From: Candidatus Omnitrophota bacterium
Lineage (GTDB): Bacteria > Omnitrophota > Gorgyraeia > Zapsychrales > JANLHA01
Length of the DNA stretch: 64,000 nucleotides
Assembly (NCBI GenBank): GCA_029560465.1
Contig: JAKQKX010000016.1
Span: 71,178-135,177 of the forward strand
Reading direction: 5' to 3'
The notes below the pieces were generated by a model that did no database searches, was not told where the DNA came from, and was given only the letters and a program-made list of their open reading frames with translations. Shown piece by piece: positions 19,565-29,540 of the stretch. Positions within the stretch are counted from its first letter, which is position 1. Each line of letters opens with the position of its first letter. The position numbers were made by a program, and so were the translations under genes.

Positions 19565-20458
19565 ATGAATAATCGCAGTTTTATTTTACCTGTTGTTATT
19601 GTCCTCGCCATTGCCATGGGGGTGTTGATTACGGTTCAAAAAGTGAACAGCCCGATAATGGTCCGTCTGATTACGCAGCAAAATGAAATTTTAAAAATGA
19701 ACCAGGTCGTTCAGCGTCAATTGATGCAACTGACGACCAAAGTCGACGCCCAGGGCAGTAAAAATTCTTCGGCTGAAGGGCAAGCCGGCAAGGCGGGGTC
19801 TGACCCGTTTCCCCTGGAGTCCCGGGTTTCGGCTTTGGAAAAAAGGGTTGTCGATTTAACCAATATTGTTCAAAAGCTATCCTTGGGAGGCCAGGCCGCG
19901 CAACAGGTCCCTCAACGTCCTCAGGAAGATTACGATAAAGTTTATAAATTCGACGCGGCCCATTCTCCTATAAAGGGAAACCCAGCTGCGCCGATTAGTA
20001 TCGTGGAATTTATAGATATTCAGTGCCCGTATTCCGCCCGGTTTCATCCGGTTGTCGATGAAGTGCTCGCTGCTTATCCGGACAAAGTCAATTTTATCGT
20101 AAAAAATTTTCCGTTGCAGTTTCATCCCGGGGCCAGGCCCGCCGCTAAAGCGGCTTTCGCGGCTGGCGAGCAGGGGAAATATCACGAGATGATTCAGCTG
20201 CTTTTAGAAAATAACCGTGGGCTCACAGAAGATAAATTTAAGGAATTGGCGGGGCGGTTGGGGCTTAACGTCGAAAAATTTATGAGCGATTTTAAACAGA
20301 AAGACGCACAGTATGAAGAATGGGTCCAGAAGGATATCGTCCTGGGGACTCAATCGGATGTGCGTGGAACCCCGACGTTTTTCCTTGGGGGACGCAAGAC
20401 CACTGCCAGGGATTTGGCGGGTTTTAAAACTCAGATTGATGCTTTGCTGAAACAATAG
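19565..20458 (+). CDS. Membrane-anchored DsbA/thioredoxin-fold protein with CxxS site
   Basis: N-terminal TM and coiled linker; G---API-IVEF-D-QCPYS, NFPL-FH, GTPT cis-Pro loop. Confidence 0.88.
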   Translation: MNNRSFILPVVIVLAIAMGVLITVQKVNSPIMVRLITQQNEILKMNQVVQRQLMQLTTKVDAQGSKNSSAEGQAGKAGSDPFPLESRVSALEKRVVDLTNIVQKLSLGGQAAQQVPQRPQEDYDKVYKFDAAHSPIKGNPAAPISIVEFIDIQCPYSARFHPVVDEVLAAYPDKVNFIVKNFPLQFHPGARPAAKAAFAAGEQGKYHEMIQLLLENNRGLTEDKFKELAGRLGLNVEKFMSDFKQKDAQYEEWVQKDIVLGTQSDVRGTPTFFLGGRKTTARDLAGFKTQIDALLKQ

Positions 20459-20670
20459 GGCGACTAAGCCGCGCGCAGGCGTATCCTGAAAGCCTTTCAG
20501 GAAGGTGTGGAATGGCGCTGGCAAAATTGTTGTTTACATTTTTGTGATTTTTTGTTAATATTTATACCTTAATCGGTACAAGGAATTGTTGCTGTGTGAA
20601 GTTTTTTAGCGGGAACCAGTTGCGATTAAGTGTGTTAATTATAGAGATCACGTAAGAGGAGGCTTTCTAG

Positions 20671-20937
20671 ATGGCGAAAAAGGGCGGGTTAACGTCGAAA
20701 TTTTATCGCGAGACGCGAGGAATTAAAGTGGCGGGAGGTCAATTTGTTAGAGCCGGTACCGTTTTAACCCGGGAGGGTGACAAGTGGAAGCCCGGCCTTA
20801 ATGTCACGGGGGAAATGCATCTTAATGCCATATGCGATGGCAAGATATATTTCAGCAGGAAGCGGAATAAATATAATAAGCAGGTCACCTATGTTAATGT
20901 GCAACCTGTAGCCGCAAACGGGCCGGAAAAAGCTTGA
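20671..20937 (+). CDS. rpmA: 50S ribosomal protein bL27 (highly divergent)
   Basis: GIK--GGQ-V-AG-VL-R-G-K--PG-NV...L-A--DG-I-F core; AGGAGG RBS. Confidence 0.8.
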   Translation: MAKKGGLTSKFYRETRGIKVAGGQFVRAGTVLTREGDKWKPGLNVTGEMHLNAICDGKIYFSRKRNKYNKQVTYVNVQPVAANGPEKA

Positions 20938-21014
20938 CGCCTTGCTTGTCACCTCGGATTATTTTTCTGGAATTCTTCAGATAACTTCCTTGTTTTAATA
21001 AGAGATCAAAATTT

Positions 21015-22847
21015 ATGTGCGGTATTATCGGTTATATCGGTAACCGGGAAGCGCAACCGCTTCTTATTGAGGGATTAAAAAAATTAGAATATCGCGGGTA
21101 TGACTCCGCGGGAATTGGAGTTATTCCTACAGGAAAACAGCATATCGCGGTTCAGAAGACGGAGGGAAAGATCATTGACCTGATCTCGGTGCTGGAAAAG
21201 CACCCTCTTGCGTCCGGGTGTATTGGTCTTTCACACACCCGCTGGGCTACCCACGGAGTTCCGAATCACCGCAACGCTCACCCTCATTTTGACTGTTCTA
21301 AAAAGTTTTTGATTGTTCATAATGGAATTATAGAAAACTACGAAGCTCTAAAAGCCAAGCTTGTCGCCCAGAAGCATGTTTTCCGGTCGGACACGGATAC
21401 GGAGGTGATTGCTCACCTTATCGAGGATTGTTATTCCGGAGACCTTTTGGAGGCGGTTCGTAAAGCCGTTAAGCTGCTGCGCGGCGCGTTCGCTTTAGGA
21501 GTTATCTCTTCCTATCAGCCGGACCAGATTATCGCTGTCCGCACGGGGTCTCCGCTTATCATCGGGGTGGGCCAGCATGAAAATTTTATCGCTTCTGATG
21601 TCCCCGCCGTGCTGGATTCAACGAATCGCGTGATTTACCTTGAGGATGGCCATATGGCCCGTTTGACCCGGGATCGGGTCGAGGTTTTTTCTTTTGAGGG
21701 CGAGCGTGTGTCGCCCGCTGTTCATAAAGTGGCTTTCAATATTGAGGCTGTGCAGAAGCAAGGGTACGCCCATTTCATGCTTAAAGAAATCCACGAACAG
21801 CCGGATGTCATTGAACGGATGTTGAAGTTCCGCTTGAAAGGGATGGCGGTCGGGTTGGATGGTTTGACTATCCTACCGGAGCACTTTAAGCGCGTGAAGC
21901 ATATTTATATCGTCGCCTGCGGGACGGCGTACCATGCCGGTCTGGTGGGGCGCTACTGGATCGAGGCCCTCACAACCATTCCGGTGACGGTGGACATGGC
22001 CAGTGAATTTCGTTACAGGAACCCGATCATTGACAAAAACACTTTGGTCATTGCGATTAGCCAGTCAGGAGAGACGGCCGACACGTTGGCGGCGGTGAAA
22101 GAAGCCCGGGCGCGCGGGGCCAAATTAATTTCGATCTGTAATGTGGTCGGTTCTTCTCTGGCCAGGGAATCCGACGGCGTTCTTTACACTCACGCCGGGC
22201 CGGAGATCGGGGTGGCCTCGACAAAAGCCTATGTTGCGCAGATATGCATGCTGTATCTTTTGGGTTTGAAATTAAGCCAGTCGTTTAAAAAAATTTCTAC
22301 GAAGCAGCGGCAACAATACATTAAAGAGCTGAAAAGAGTCCCGGGGCTTTACCGCGATATCCTGCACCGGAAGAAGGTTATTCATAGAATCGCCAGGAAG
22401 AATTCTCATTTCGGCTGTTTTCTGTTCTTGGGCCGTAATATTAATTTTCCTTCGGCCTTGGAAGGGGCGTTGAAACTTAAAGAAATCTCTTATATCCCGG
22501 CTGAGGGCTACCCGGCTGGGGAGATGAAGCATGGGCCGATCGCCCTGATTGACGAGTACCGGGCTGTGATCTGTGTCGCCCCCCAAACATCCCTTTATGA
22601 AAAAATGATCTCCAATATCCAGGAAATCCGGGCCCGGAAAGGGAAGGTCATCGCTATCGCCACGGAGGGGGACCTGTCCATAAAGAAGCACGCTCATGAC
22701 GTGATCACCGTCCCTCCCCTGGAAGAAAATTTGACCCCGCTTCTTGTCGCGTTGCCGTTGCAGCTCCTTGCTTATTATATCGCCGTGCACCTGGGCTGCA
22801 ATGTGGACCAGCCGCGTAATCTCGCCAAATCCGTAACCGTCGAATAG
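21015..22847 (+). CDS. glmS: Glutamine--fructose-6-phosphate aminotransferase
   Basis: MCGIIG, LEYRGYDSAG, HTRWATHG, SQSGETADT, PRNLAKSVTVE. Confidence 0.99.
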   Translation: MCGIIGYIGNREAQPLLIEGLKKLEYRGYDSAGIGVIPTGKQHIAVQKTEGKIIDLISVLEKHPLASGCIGLSHTRWATHGVPNHRNAHPHFDCSKKFLIVHNGIIENYEALKAKLVAQKHVFRSDTDTEVIAHLIEDCYSGDLLEAVRKAVKLLRGAFALGVISSYQPDQIIAVRTGSPLIIGVGQHENFIASDVPAVLDSTNRVIYLEDGHMARLTRDRVEVFSFEGERVSPAVHKVAFNIEAVQKQGYAHFMLKEIHEQPDVIERMLKFRLKGMAVGLDGLTILPEHFKRVKHIYIVACGTAYHAGLVGRYWIEALTTIPVTVDMASEFRYRNPIIDKNTLVIAISQSGETADTLAAVKEARARGAKLISICNVVGSSLARESDGVLYTHAGPEIGVASTKAYVAQICMLYLLGLKLSQSFKKISTKQRQQYIKELKRVPGLYRDILHRKKVIHRIARKNSHFGCFLFLGRNINFPSALEGALKLKEISYIPAEGYPAGEMKHGPIALIDEYRAVICVAPQTSLYEKMISNIQEIRARKGKVIAIATEGDLSIKKHAHDVITVPPLEENLTPLLVALPLQLLAYYIAVHLGCNVDQPRNLAKSVTVE

Positions 22848-22886
22848 AGTATAATAAAAGTCATCGCAAGGGAGGATCGATCCAAA

Positions 22887-23321
22887 ATGGCCGGGCTGGA
22901 TGAATTGCTGGATGTGAAGGAATATCAAGGGGAAGGCTATCGTCCGGTTGTGGATTACGGGGGCTGGCGGGTTGCGGTATTAAATTATATTGAAGAATTG
23001 CGGGCGGATAACCTGCGCGCCATGCAGCGCCATAATGAAACGGACGAAGTGTTTGTTTTATTGCGGGGACGCTGCATTCTTTTTCTAGGGGAAGGCCAAG
23101 ATGCCGTGACGGTGATCCGTGCCCAAGACCTGGAGCCGTTTAAAATATACTCTGTGAAAAAAGCCGTGTGGCATACGCACACTTTGAGCGATGACGCCAT
23201 GGTGTTGATCGTTGAAAACAGGGACACGGATATTCATAATTCTCCGTCTTGCCCTTTGACAGGCGCTCAGCGCCGGGATATTTCTGCGTTAACCCGTAGG
23301 TTGTGGGCGCGGCAGGCCTAA
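22887..23321 (+). CDS. Cupin-fold protein
   Basis: H-ETDEVFVLL-G and VKKAVWHT cupin motifs; GGAGG RBS. Confidence 0.7.
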   Translation: MAGLDELLDVKEYQGEGYRPVVDYGGWRVAVLNYIEELRADNLRAMQRHNETDEVFVLLRGRCILFLGEGQDAVTVIRAQDLEPFKIYSVKKAVWHTHTLSDDAMVLIVENRDTDIHNSPSCPLTGAQRRDISALTRRLWARQA

Positions 23322-23368
23322 AAATGGGGCAAGGCCGTTAGATTCTTTGGGAGGGAGGAGGCACTGTC

Positions 23369-24088
23369 GTGTTATATATCGTATCGACGCCGATCGGCAA
23401 TCTGAAAGACATAACCTTCCGGGCGGTGGAAGTCTTGCAGTCCGTCGACCTGATCGCGGCCGAGGATACCCGCCATAGCCGGATTCTTTTGAAACATTAC
23501 AACATTGTTGCCCCGGTCACGAGTTATTTTGAACACAACAAGTTTAAAAAAGGTGAGTATCTCCTCAAGGCAATGAAGGATGGGCAGAGCGTGGCCCTGG
23601 TGACGGACGCTGGAACGCCGGGGATCAGTGACCCGGGATTTCATCTGATCCGTTTGGCCCGGGAGAACAGCATTCCGGTCACGGTCGTTCCCGGTCCCTG
23701 TGCCCTCATCGGAGCGCTTTCTATTTCCGGACTGCCGGCACACGCGTTTGTTTTTGCGGGGTTCCTTCCGGTCAAGTCCGCGGCGCGGCGCAGGAAGTTA
23801 GCCGAGTTTAAAACCGAGGCCAGGACGGTCATTTTGTATGAGTCCCCGCACCGGCTGCTGAAGACCCTGCAGGATATTTATGAGGTCCTTGATAATCCGC
23901 GGGTCGTGTGCGTGCGCGAGCTGACCAAGAAGTTTGAAGAAGTGCGGCCCGGAACCTGTCAGGACCTTATCGGGCATTTCACCCGGAACAGCCCGAAAGG
24001 GGAATTTGTCTTACTGCTGTCCCGGGATGGCCCCGTCCGGGGATTCACCGCTCCCCTTGACAGGAGCGGACGCAGGTGGTATATTTGA
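23369..24088 (+). CDS. rsmI: 16S rRNA (cytidine1402-2'-O)-methyltransferase
   Basis: LYIVSTPIGNL-DIT, AEDTR, DAGTPGISDPG, YESPHR, RELTK-FEE. Confidence 0.97.
   Translation: MLYIVSTPIGNLKDITFRAVEVLQSVDLIAAEDTRHSRILLKHYNIVAPVTSYFEHNKFKKGEYLLKAMKDGQSVALVTDAGTPGISDPGFHLIRLARENSIPVTVVPGPCALIGALSISGLPAHAFVFAGFLPVKSAARRRKLAEFKTEARTVILYESPHRLLKTLQDIYEVLDNPRVVCVRELTKKFEEVRPGTCQDLIGHFTRNSPKGEFVLLLSRDGPVRGFTAPLDRSGRRWYI
24057..24085 (+). promoter_or_regulatory. Sigma70 promoter of the pyr operon, inside the 3' end of rsmI
   Basis: TTGACA (24057)-17 bp-TATATT (24080) with extended TG. Confidence 0.75.
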
Positions 24089-24097
24089 CTAAATTTA

Positions 24098-24131
24098 ACC
24101 TTTAATCCGGTCCCGCGAGGCCGGCAAAGGT
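24098..24131 (+). promoter_or_regulatory. PyrR-binding RNA leader hairpin
   Basis: accttt aat ccggt cccgcgag gccgg c aaaggt fits the UCCNGNGAGGY PyrR loop; lies upstream of pyrR. Confidence 0.85.
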
Positions 24132-24167
24132 CGGGACATGTTTAAGCCGAATTCATAGAGATTGTAT

Positions 24168-24203
24168 AAACTCGCCTCAATCGTTGAGGGCGAGTTTTTT
24201 TTT
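24168..24203 (+). terminator. Attenuator terminator of the pyr leader
   Basis: aaactcgcctcaa tcg ttgagggcgag followed by a T9 tract. Confidence 0.85.
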
Positions 24204-24205
24204 AA

Positions 24206-25701
<1,496 letters not shown>

Positions 25702-25754
25702 GTCAAGCGGGCGGTGGTTGGCCCGAAGCTTTTTGATCATAGGAGAAAAAATTT

Positions 25755-27035
25755 ATGGCAGTTTTAATCAAGAACGCCCTTATCGTTAACGCAGACAAGA
25801 TGGATCCCAATCTTCAAGACATCCTCATCGACAAAGGGCTGATCGTCCGGGTCGGGCCGGGCCTTCCCGATGGGCAAGCCCGGGTGATGGACGTCAAAGG
25901 GAAACATGTCTTCCCAGGGCTTATTGACCTGCACGTCCATCTGCGTCAGCCGGGGCGGGAAGATAAGGAAACCATTGAAACCGGATCCCGGGCCGCTGTT
26001 AAGGGAGGGTTTACCACCATTGTCTGCATGCCGAACACCAAGCCGGTGATTGACAACGCGATGATTGTTGAAGCGGTGGTCAAGGAGGCCCGGAGGGTCG
26101 GGTTGTTAAACATTATCCCGGCGGGGGCGATGACTAGGGGGCAGAATGGCGAAGAATTGACGGACATGTTCGAGCTGAAAGAAGCGGGGTGCCTAGCTCT
26201 GACGGACGACGGCCGCAGCGTTGCCAATAGCCAAACGTTACGCCTGGCCCTGGATTACGCGCGCATGGCCGGGCTTTTGTTTATGGAGCATTGCCAGGAC
26301 CTCTCTTTAAGCAGCGGTGGGGTCATGAATGAGAGTTACACCTCCACCCTTTTGGGGATGAAGGGGGACCCTGTCGTGGCGGAGACAGTAATTGTCGCCC
26401 GTGATATTGAGATTGTTCATTACCTGAAAACCCGTATCCACTTGCAGCATATGAGTGCGGCCCGGTCGGTAGAACTTGTCCGCTGGGCTAAATCGCAGGG
26501 GATTCAAGTGACCGCAGAGGCGACGCCGCATCACTTCACCTTGACGGATGAAGCTGTTAAATCCTTTCATCCCAACACAAAAGTGAACCCGCCGTTAAGG
26601 ACCGCCGTGGATGTGGAAGCGGTACGGCAGGGCTTGAAAGACGGGACGATCGATTGCATCGCTTCTGATCATGCGCCGCACACGGTTGAGGATAAGGAAG
26701 TAGGGTTTGACCACGCGCCGTTCGGTGTCACGGGGCTGGAGACCGCCCTGGCGTTGGGGATCACCGAATTGGTTTCCAGGGGGGTGCTGACGTTAAATCA
26801 GCTTGTTGATAGAATGTCGGCGGCCCCGGCGCGGATCATTGGTTTGGAACGCAAAGGCGCGGTCAGGGAAGGGTACGACGCGGATTTAACCGTTGTTGAT
26901 ATAGATGAAGAATGGCTGGTGAAAGCGGAGGGCTTCGCCTCCAAGGCCGTCAACTCCCCGTTTATCGGGCGCACGCTGAAAGGGAAAGTGAAAACAACGC
27001 TATACGGCGGGAAAATTGTTTATCAGGATGATTAG
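25755..27035 (+). CDS. pyrC: Dihydroorotase
   Basis: DLHVHLR-PG, MPNT-P, KVNPPLR, ASDHAPH. Confidence 0.97.
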   Translation: MAVLIKNALIVNADKMDPNLQDILIDKGLIVRVGPGLPDGQARVMDVKGKHVFPGLIDLHVHLRQPGREDKETIETGSRAAVKGGFTTIVCMPNTKPVIDNAMIVEAVVKEARRVGLLNIIPAGAMTRGQNGEELTDMFELKEAGCLALTDDGRSVANSQTLRLALDYARMAGLLFMEHCQDLSLSSGGVMNESYTSTLLGMKGDPVVAETVIVARDIEIVHYLKTRIHLQHMSAARSVELVRWAKSQGIQVTAEATPHHFTLTDEAVKSFHPNTKVNPPLRTAVDVEAVRQGLKDGTIDCIASDHAPHTVEDKEVGFDHAPFGVTGLETALALGITELVSRGVLTLNQLVDRMSAAPARIIGLERKGAVREGYDADLTVVDIDEEWLVKAEGFASKAVNSPFIGRTLKGKVKTTLYGGKIVYQDD

Positions 27036-27121
27036 CCCCGGATATCGGATGGATGGGGAATGCGCTGATGATGCTTTGTCTGGCGCGGGAAACGCGCCGG
27101 GATAACTTCGAATAAAACCCT

Positions 27122-27149
27122 TTGACTTTTAGCCGGTTATATCTATAAT
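27122..27149 (+). promoter_or_regulatory. Sigma70 promoter upstream of tRNA-Arg
   Basis: TTGACT-16 bp-TATAAT. Confidence 0.65.
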
Positions 27150-27264
27150 CATTATTTATCCTGCTGGATAGTGAAGGTCGCTGCCGTGAATGCGTGTTCC
27201 CGGTGGGGTCATGGTGTGCGGGCTTTTCCTCAAAGAATATCATCTGATTTTCAAGCCTATTTTG

Positions 27265-27336
27265 GGGCCCATAGCTTAATGGATAGAGTCCAGGATTCCG
27301 GTTCCTGTGGTTCGGGTTCGACTCCCGATGGGCCCT
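27265..27336 (+). tRNA. tRNA-Arg(CCG), CCA not encoded
   Basis: Acceptor GGGCCCA/TGGGCCC; anticodon arm CAGGA-TTCCGGT-TCCTG; TTCGACT loop; A20 present. Confidence 0.93.
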
Positions 27337-27419
27337 CTTTTTTAAATCAAAAATGGTAGTTTTGCACAGCTTTTACCCAAATGTGGAAAAAGGCAGCTTA
27401 CTTTTTCGAGAAAGACAAT

Positions 27420-27890
27420 ATGCGTCAGCAGAAAATCACTGTTTCGGTTTTGGGGAGTCATAGTTCGGATGGTGTTGTGGAGGATTTTGTGTATAATGTT
27501 GGTAAGATTATAGCCGAAATGGAGTGTGTTCTTGTTTGCGGAGGTCTTGGTGGAGTGATTGAGATTGTTTCTAAAGGAGCGAAAGAAGCGGGTGGGCAGA
27601 CAATCGGATTATTGCCTGGAATTGACAAGAATGATGCAAACCCATATATTGATATAGCTTTACCAACATCCATCGGGTTTGCCCGGAATGCGATGGTTGC
27701 TTGTTCCGCTGATATTATTGTGGCTTTGCCGGGCAGTTATGGGACCGAATCCGAAATTTGTTACGGCCTGGTTTATAAAAGACCGGTGGTTGACCTCGGG
27801 AACTGGAATATTCCCGGGATGATCCCTGTCCAGGGGCTTGAGGATTTTAAACATCGTTTACGGCAACTTATCGAAGCCGTGCGTAACTGA
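27420..27890 (+). CDS. LOG/SLOG family protein (TIGR00725-like)
   Basis: LVCGGLGGV---SKGA---GG-TIGLLPG, ARN----S-D, G-YGT-SEI. Confidence 0.88.
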   Translation: MRQQKITVSVLGSHSSDGVVEDFVYNVGKIIAEMECVLVCGGLGGVIEIVSKGAKEAGGQTIGLLPGIDKNDANPYIDIALPTSIGFARNAMVACSADIIVALPGSYGTESEICYGLVYKRPVVDLGNWNIPGMIPVQGLEDFKHRLRQLIEAVRN

Positions 27891-27968
27891 TTTTAACCGC
27901 GGCGTCTTTGGAATTTTTATCCCGGGCAGGATAACCATATTGAACAGAGCCAGTATCTTTATGCACAG

Positions 27969-29540
27969 ATGAAAACCTCCTTGTTATACCGTCCTGCCTG
28001 CGTTCTCCTTTACCTGACAATCATCGGTTTGGCCATTTACAGCCCCGTGCTCGACGGGGATTTTATATGCGATGATTATGTGTTCCTTGCCTATAATCAG
28101 TCGATCCGGCATTTCCCTGACCTTAGGCCTATTTGGGCTTCTTTCCCGACGCGGTTCTTGGTTTTTGTCACCTTCGCGGTGAATTATGGCCTGCATGGGT
28201 TCCGCGTTCCGGGCTTTCATTTGGTGAATATCCTCATCCATGTCCTGACCAGCTTTCTTATATATTTTTTTGTCGTCTATCTCTCCCGGAGCGCTCTTGC
28301 GCGGCGGACACGGGCTTATCCCGGTGACCTGATCGCGTTTTGGGCGGCTCTGGTTTTTTTGTGCCATCCGATTCAGACGCAGGGGGTCGCTTATATTTTC
28401 CAGCGCGCGACATCCATGGCGGCGTTTTTTTACATGTTGACCATTGTTTTGTATTTGAAATTCCGCCAAGAAGACAGCCCCCTGGCTTACGGGTTGGCCG
28501 TTGTGAGCTTTTTGGGGGCGATCTTCTGCAAGGAAATGGTCATGACTCTGCCCGGCGCGATTTTTTTATGTGAACTTTTTTTCCTGGAGCCGCAACAGGG
28601 GAGATGGAAAAGGTTCTTGCGCGGCGTGCTTCCGTTTTTTGTGTTGTGCGGGGTTTTGTTGGGCGTGTTTATTTTTACGCGGGTTGACGAAGGCGGGCTG
28701 ACGTTGAAAAATCAGGTGTTCCAGTCGCGGTTCAGCCCTTATTTTTTTTTGACGGAGGTTAATGTCCTGCGGACATACTTGCGGCTTTTGGTGTTCCCGG
28801 CTTTCCAAAGGTTTGAATATGATTATCCCGTGGTTATGAGTTTTTGGGAAGTCCGGACATGGCTTTCCGCCGGCCTGCTCTTGAGCCTTATGGGCTATGC
28901 GGGATACCTGTTCCGCCGCAACCGGATCCTTAGCTTTTGCGTGTGCTGGTATTTTTTAACGACGGCTATCGAAGTGGTTGTGGTGAGCCTGGTGCACAGG
29001 TCGCTGTTGTTTGAGCATTGGCTGTATTTGCCGATGGCGGGGTTCGCCATATTTTTCGCCTGTCTTTTGTATGACATGGCTGGGGATGAGGCAAGCTTTA
29101 AGCGGGTCGGTTTTATTTTAATTTTCAGTTTGTGTGTCATGACAGTGTTGAGAAATCAGATTTGGCGGGATGAGATCCGCTTCTGGGAATATGAGGTGGC
29201 ACGCTCCCCGAACAGAATGTCGGTGCATTATGAGGCCGGGGTGGCTTATGACCGCAAAGGGTTTAAAAAGCAAGCCCTCGCGTCTTATTTGAAGACAGTC
29301 GCGTTGCTTGATGACAAACGTTCCAGAAGCCGGTTTGACCGGGTCACAACCGCAAAATTATATAATAATATCGGGATCATATACACGGCCCAGGGGGATT
29401 ATCCGAAAGCCCGAAACGCGTTTGAGAACGCGTTTCGTTTTGATTCACTGGAGGGGGGCGTGGAGCGGAACTTGGGGCTTCTTTTGGATCGCATGGGGGC
29501 GGGCCGGGATGAGCAGGGGGCAGGACAGCATGACGAATGA
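27969..29540 (+). CDS. TMTC-like GT-C glycosyltransferase with C-terminal TPR
   Basis: FICDDY luminal DD motif, HPIQTQGV-YI-QR, KE, EHWLYLPM, RNQIW; TPR tail. Confidence 0.85.
   Translation: MKTSLLYRPACVLLYLTIIGLAIYSPVLDGDFICDDYVFLAYNQSIRHFPDLRPIWASFPTRFLVFVTFAVNYGLHGFRVPGFHLVNILIHVLTSFLIYFFVVYLSRSALARRTRAYPGDLIAFWAALVFLCHPIQTQGVAYIFQRATSMAAFFYMLTIVLYLKFRQEDSPLAYGLAVVSFLGAIFCKEMVMTLPGAIFLCELFFLEPQQGRWKRFLRGVLPFFVLCGVLLGVFIFTRVDEGGLTLKNQVFQSRFSPYFFLTEVNVLRTYLRLLVFPAFQRFEYDYPVVMSFWEVRTWLSAGLLLSLMGYAGYLFRRNRILSFCVCWYFLTTAIEVVVVSLVHRSLLFEHWLYLPMAGFAIFFACLLYDMAGDEASFKRVGFILIFSLCVMTVLRNQIWRDEIRFWEYEVARSPNRMSVHYEAGVAYDRKGFKKQALASYLKTVALLDDKRSRSRFDRVTTAKLYNNIGIIYTAQGDYPKARNAFENAFRFDSLEGGVERNLGLLLDRMGAGRDEQGAGQHDE

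Noticed and set aside
20040-20240. Selenocysteine in the DsbA-like active site (codons near 20024-20035)
   Set aside because: The fourth position is TCC (Ser), not TGA.
20938-21014. glmS ribozyme
   Set aside because: The spacer is only 77 bp and lacks the AGCGCC...GACGAGG core.
27171-27359. 62-aa ORF
   Set aside because: Overlaps the tRNA-Arg gene.
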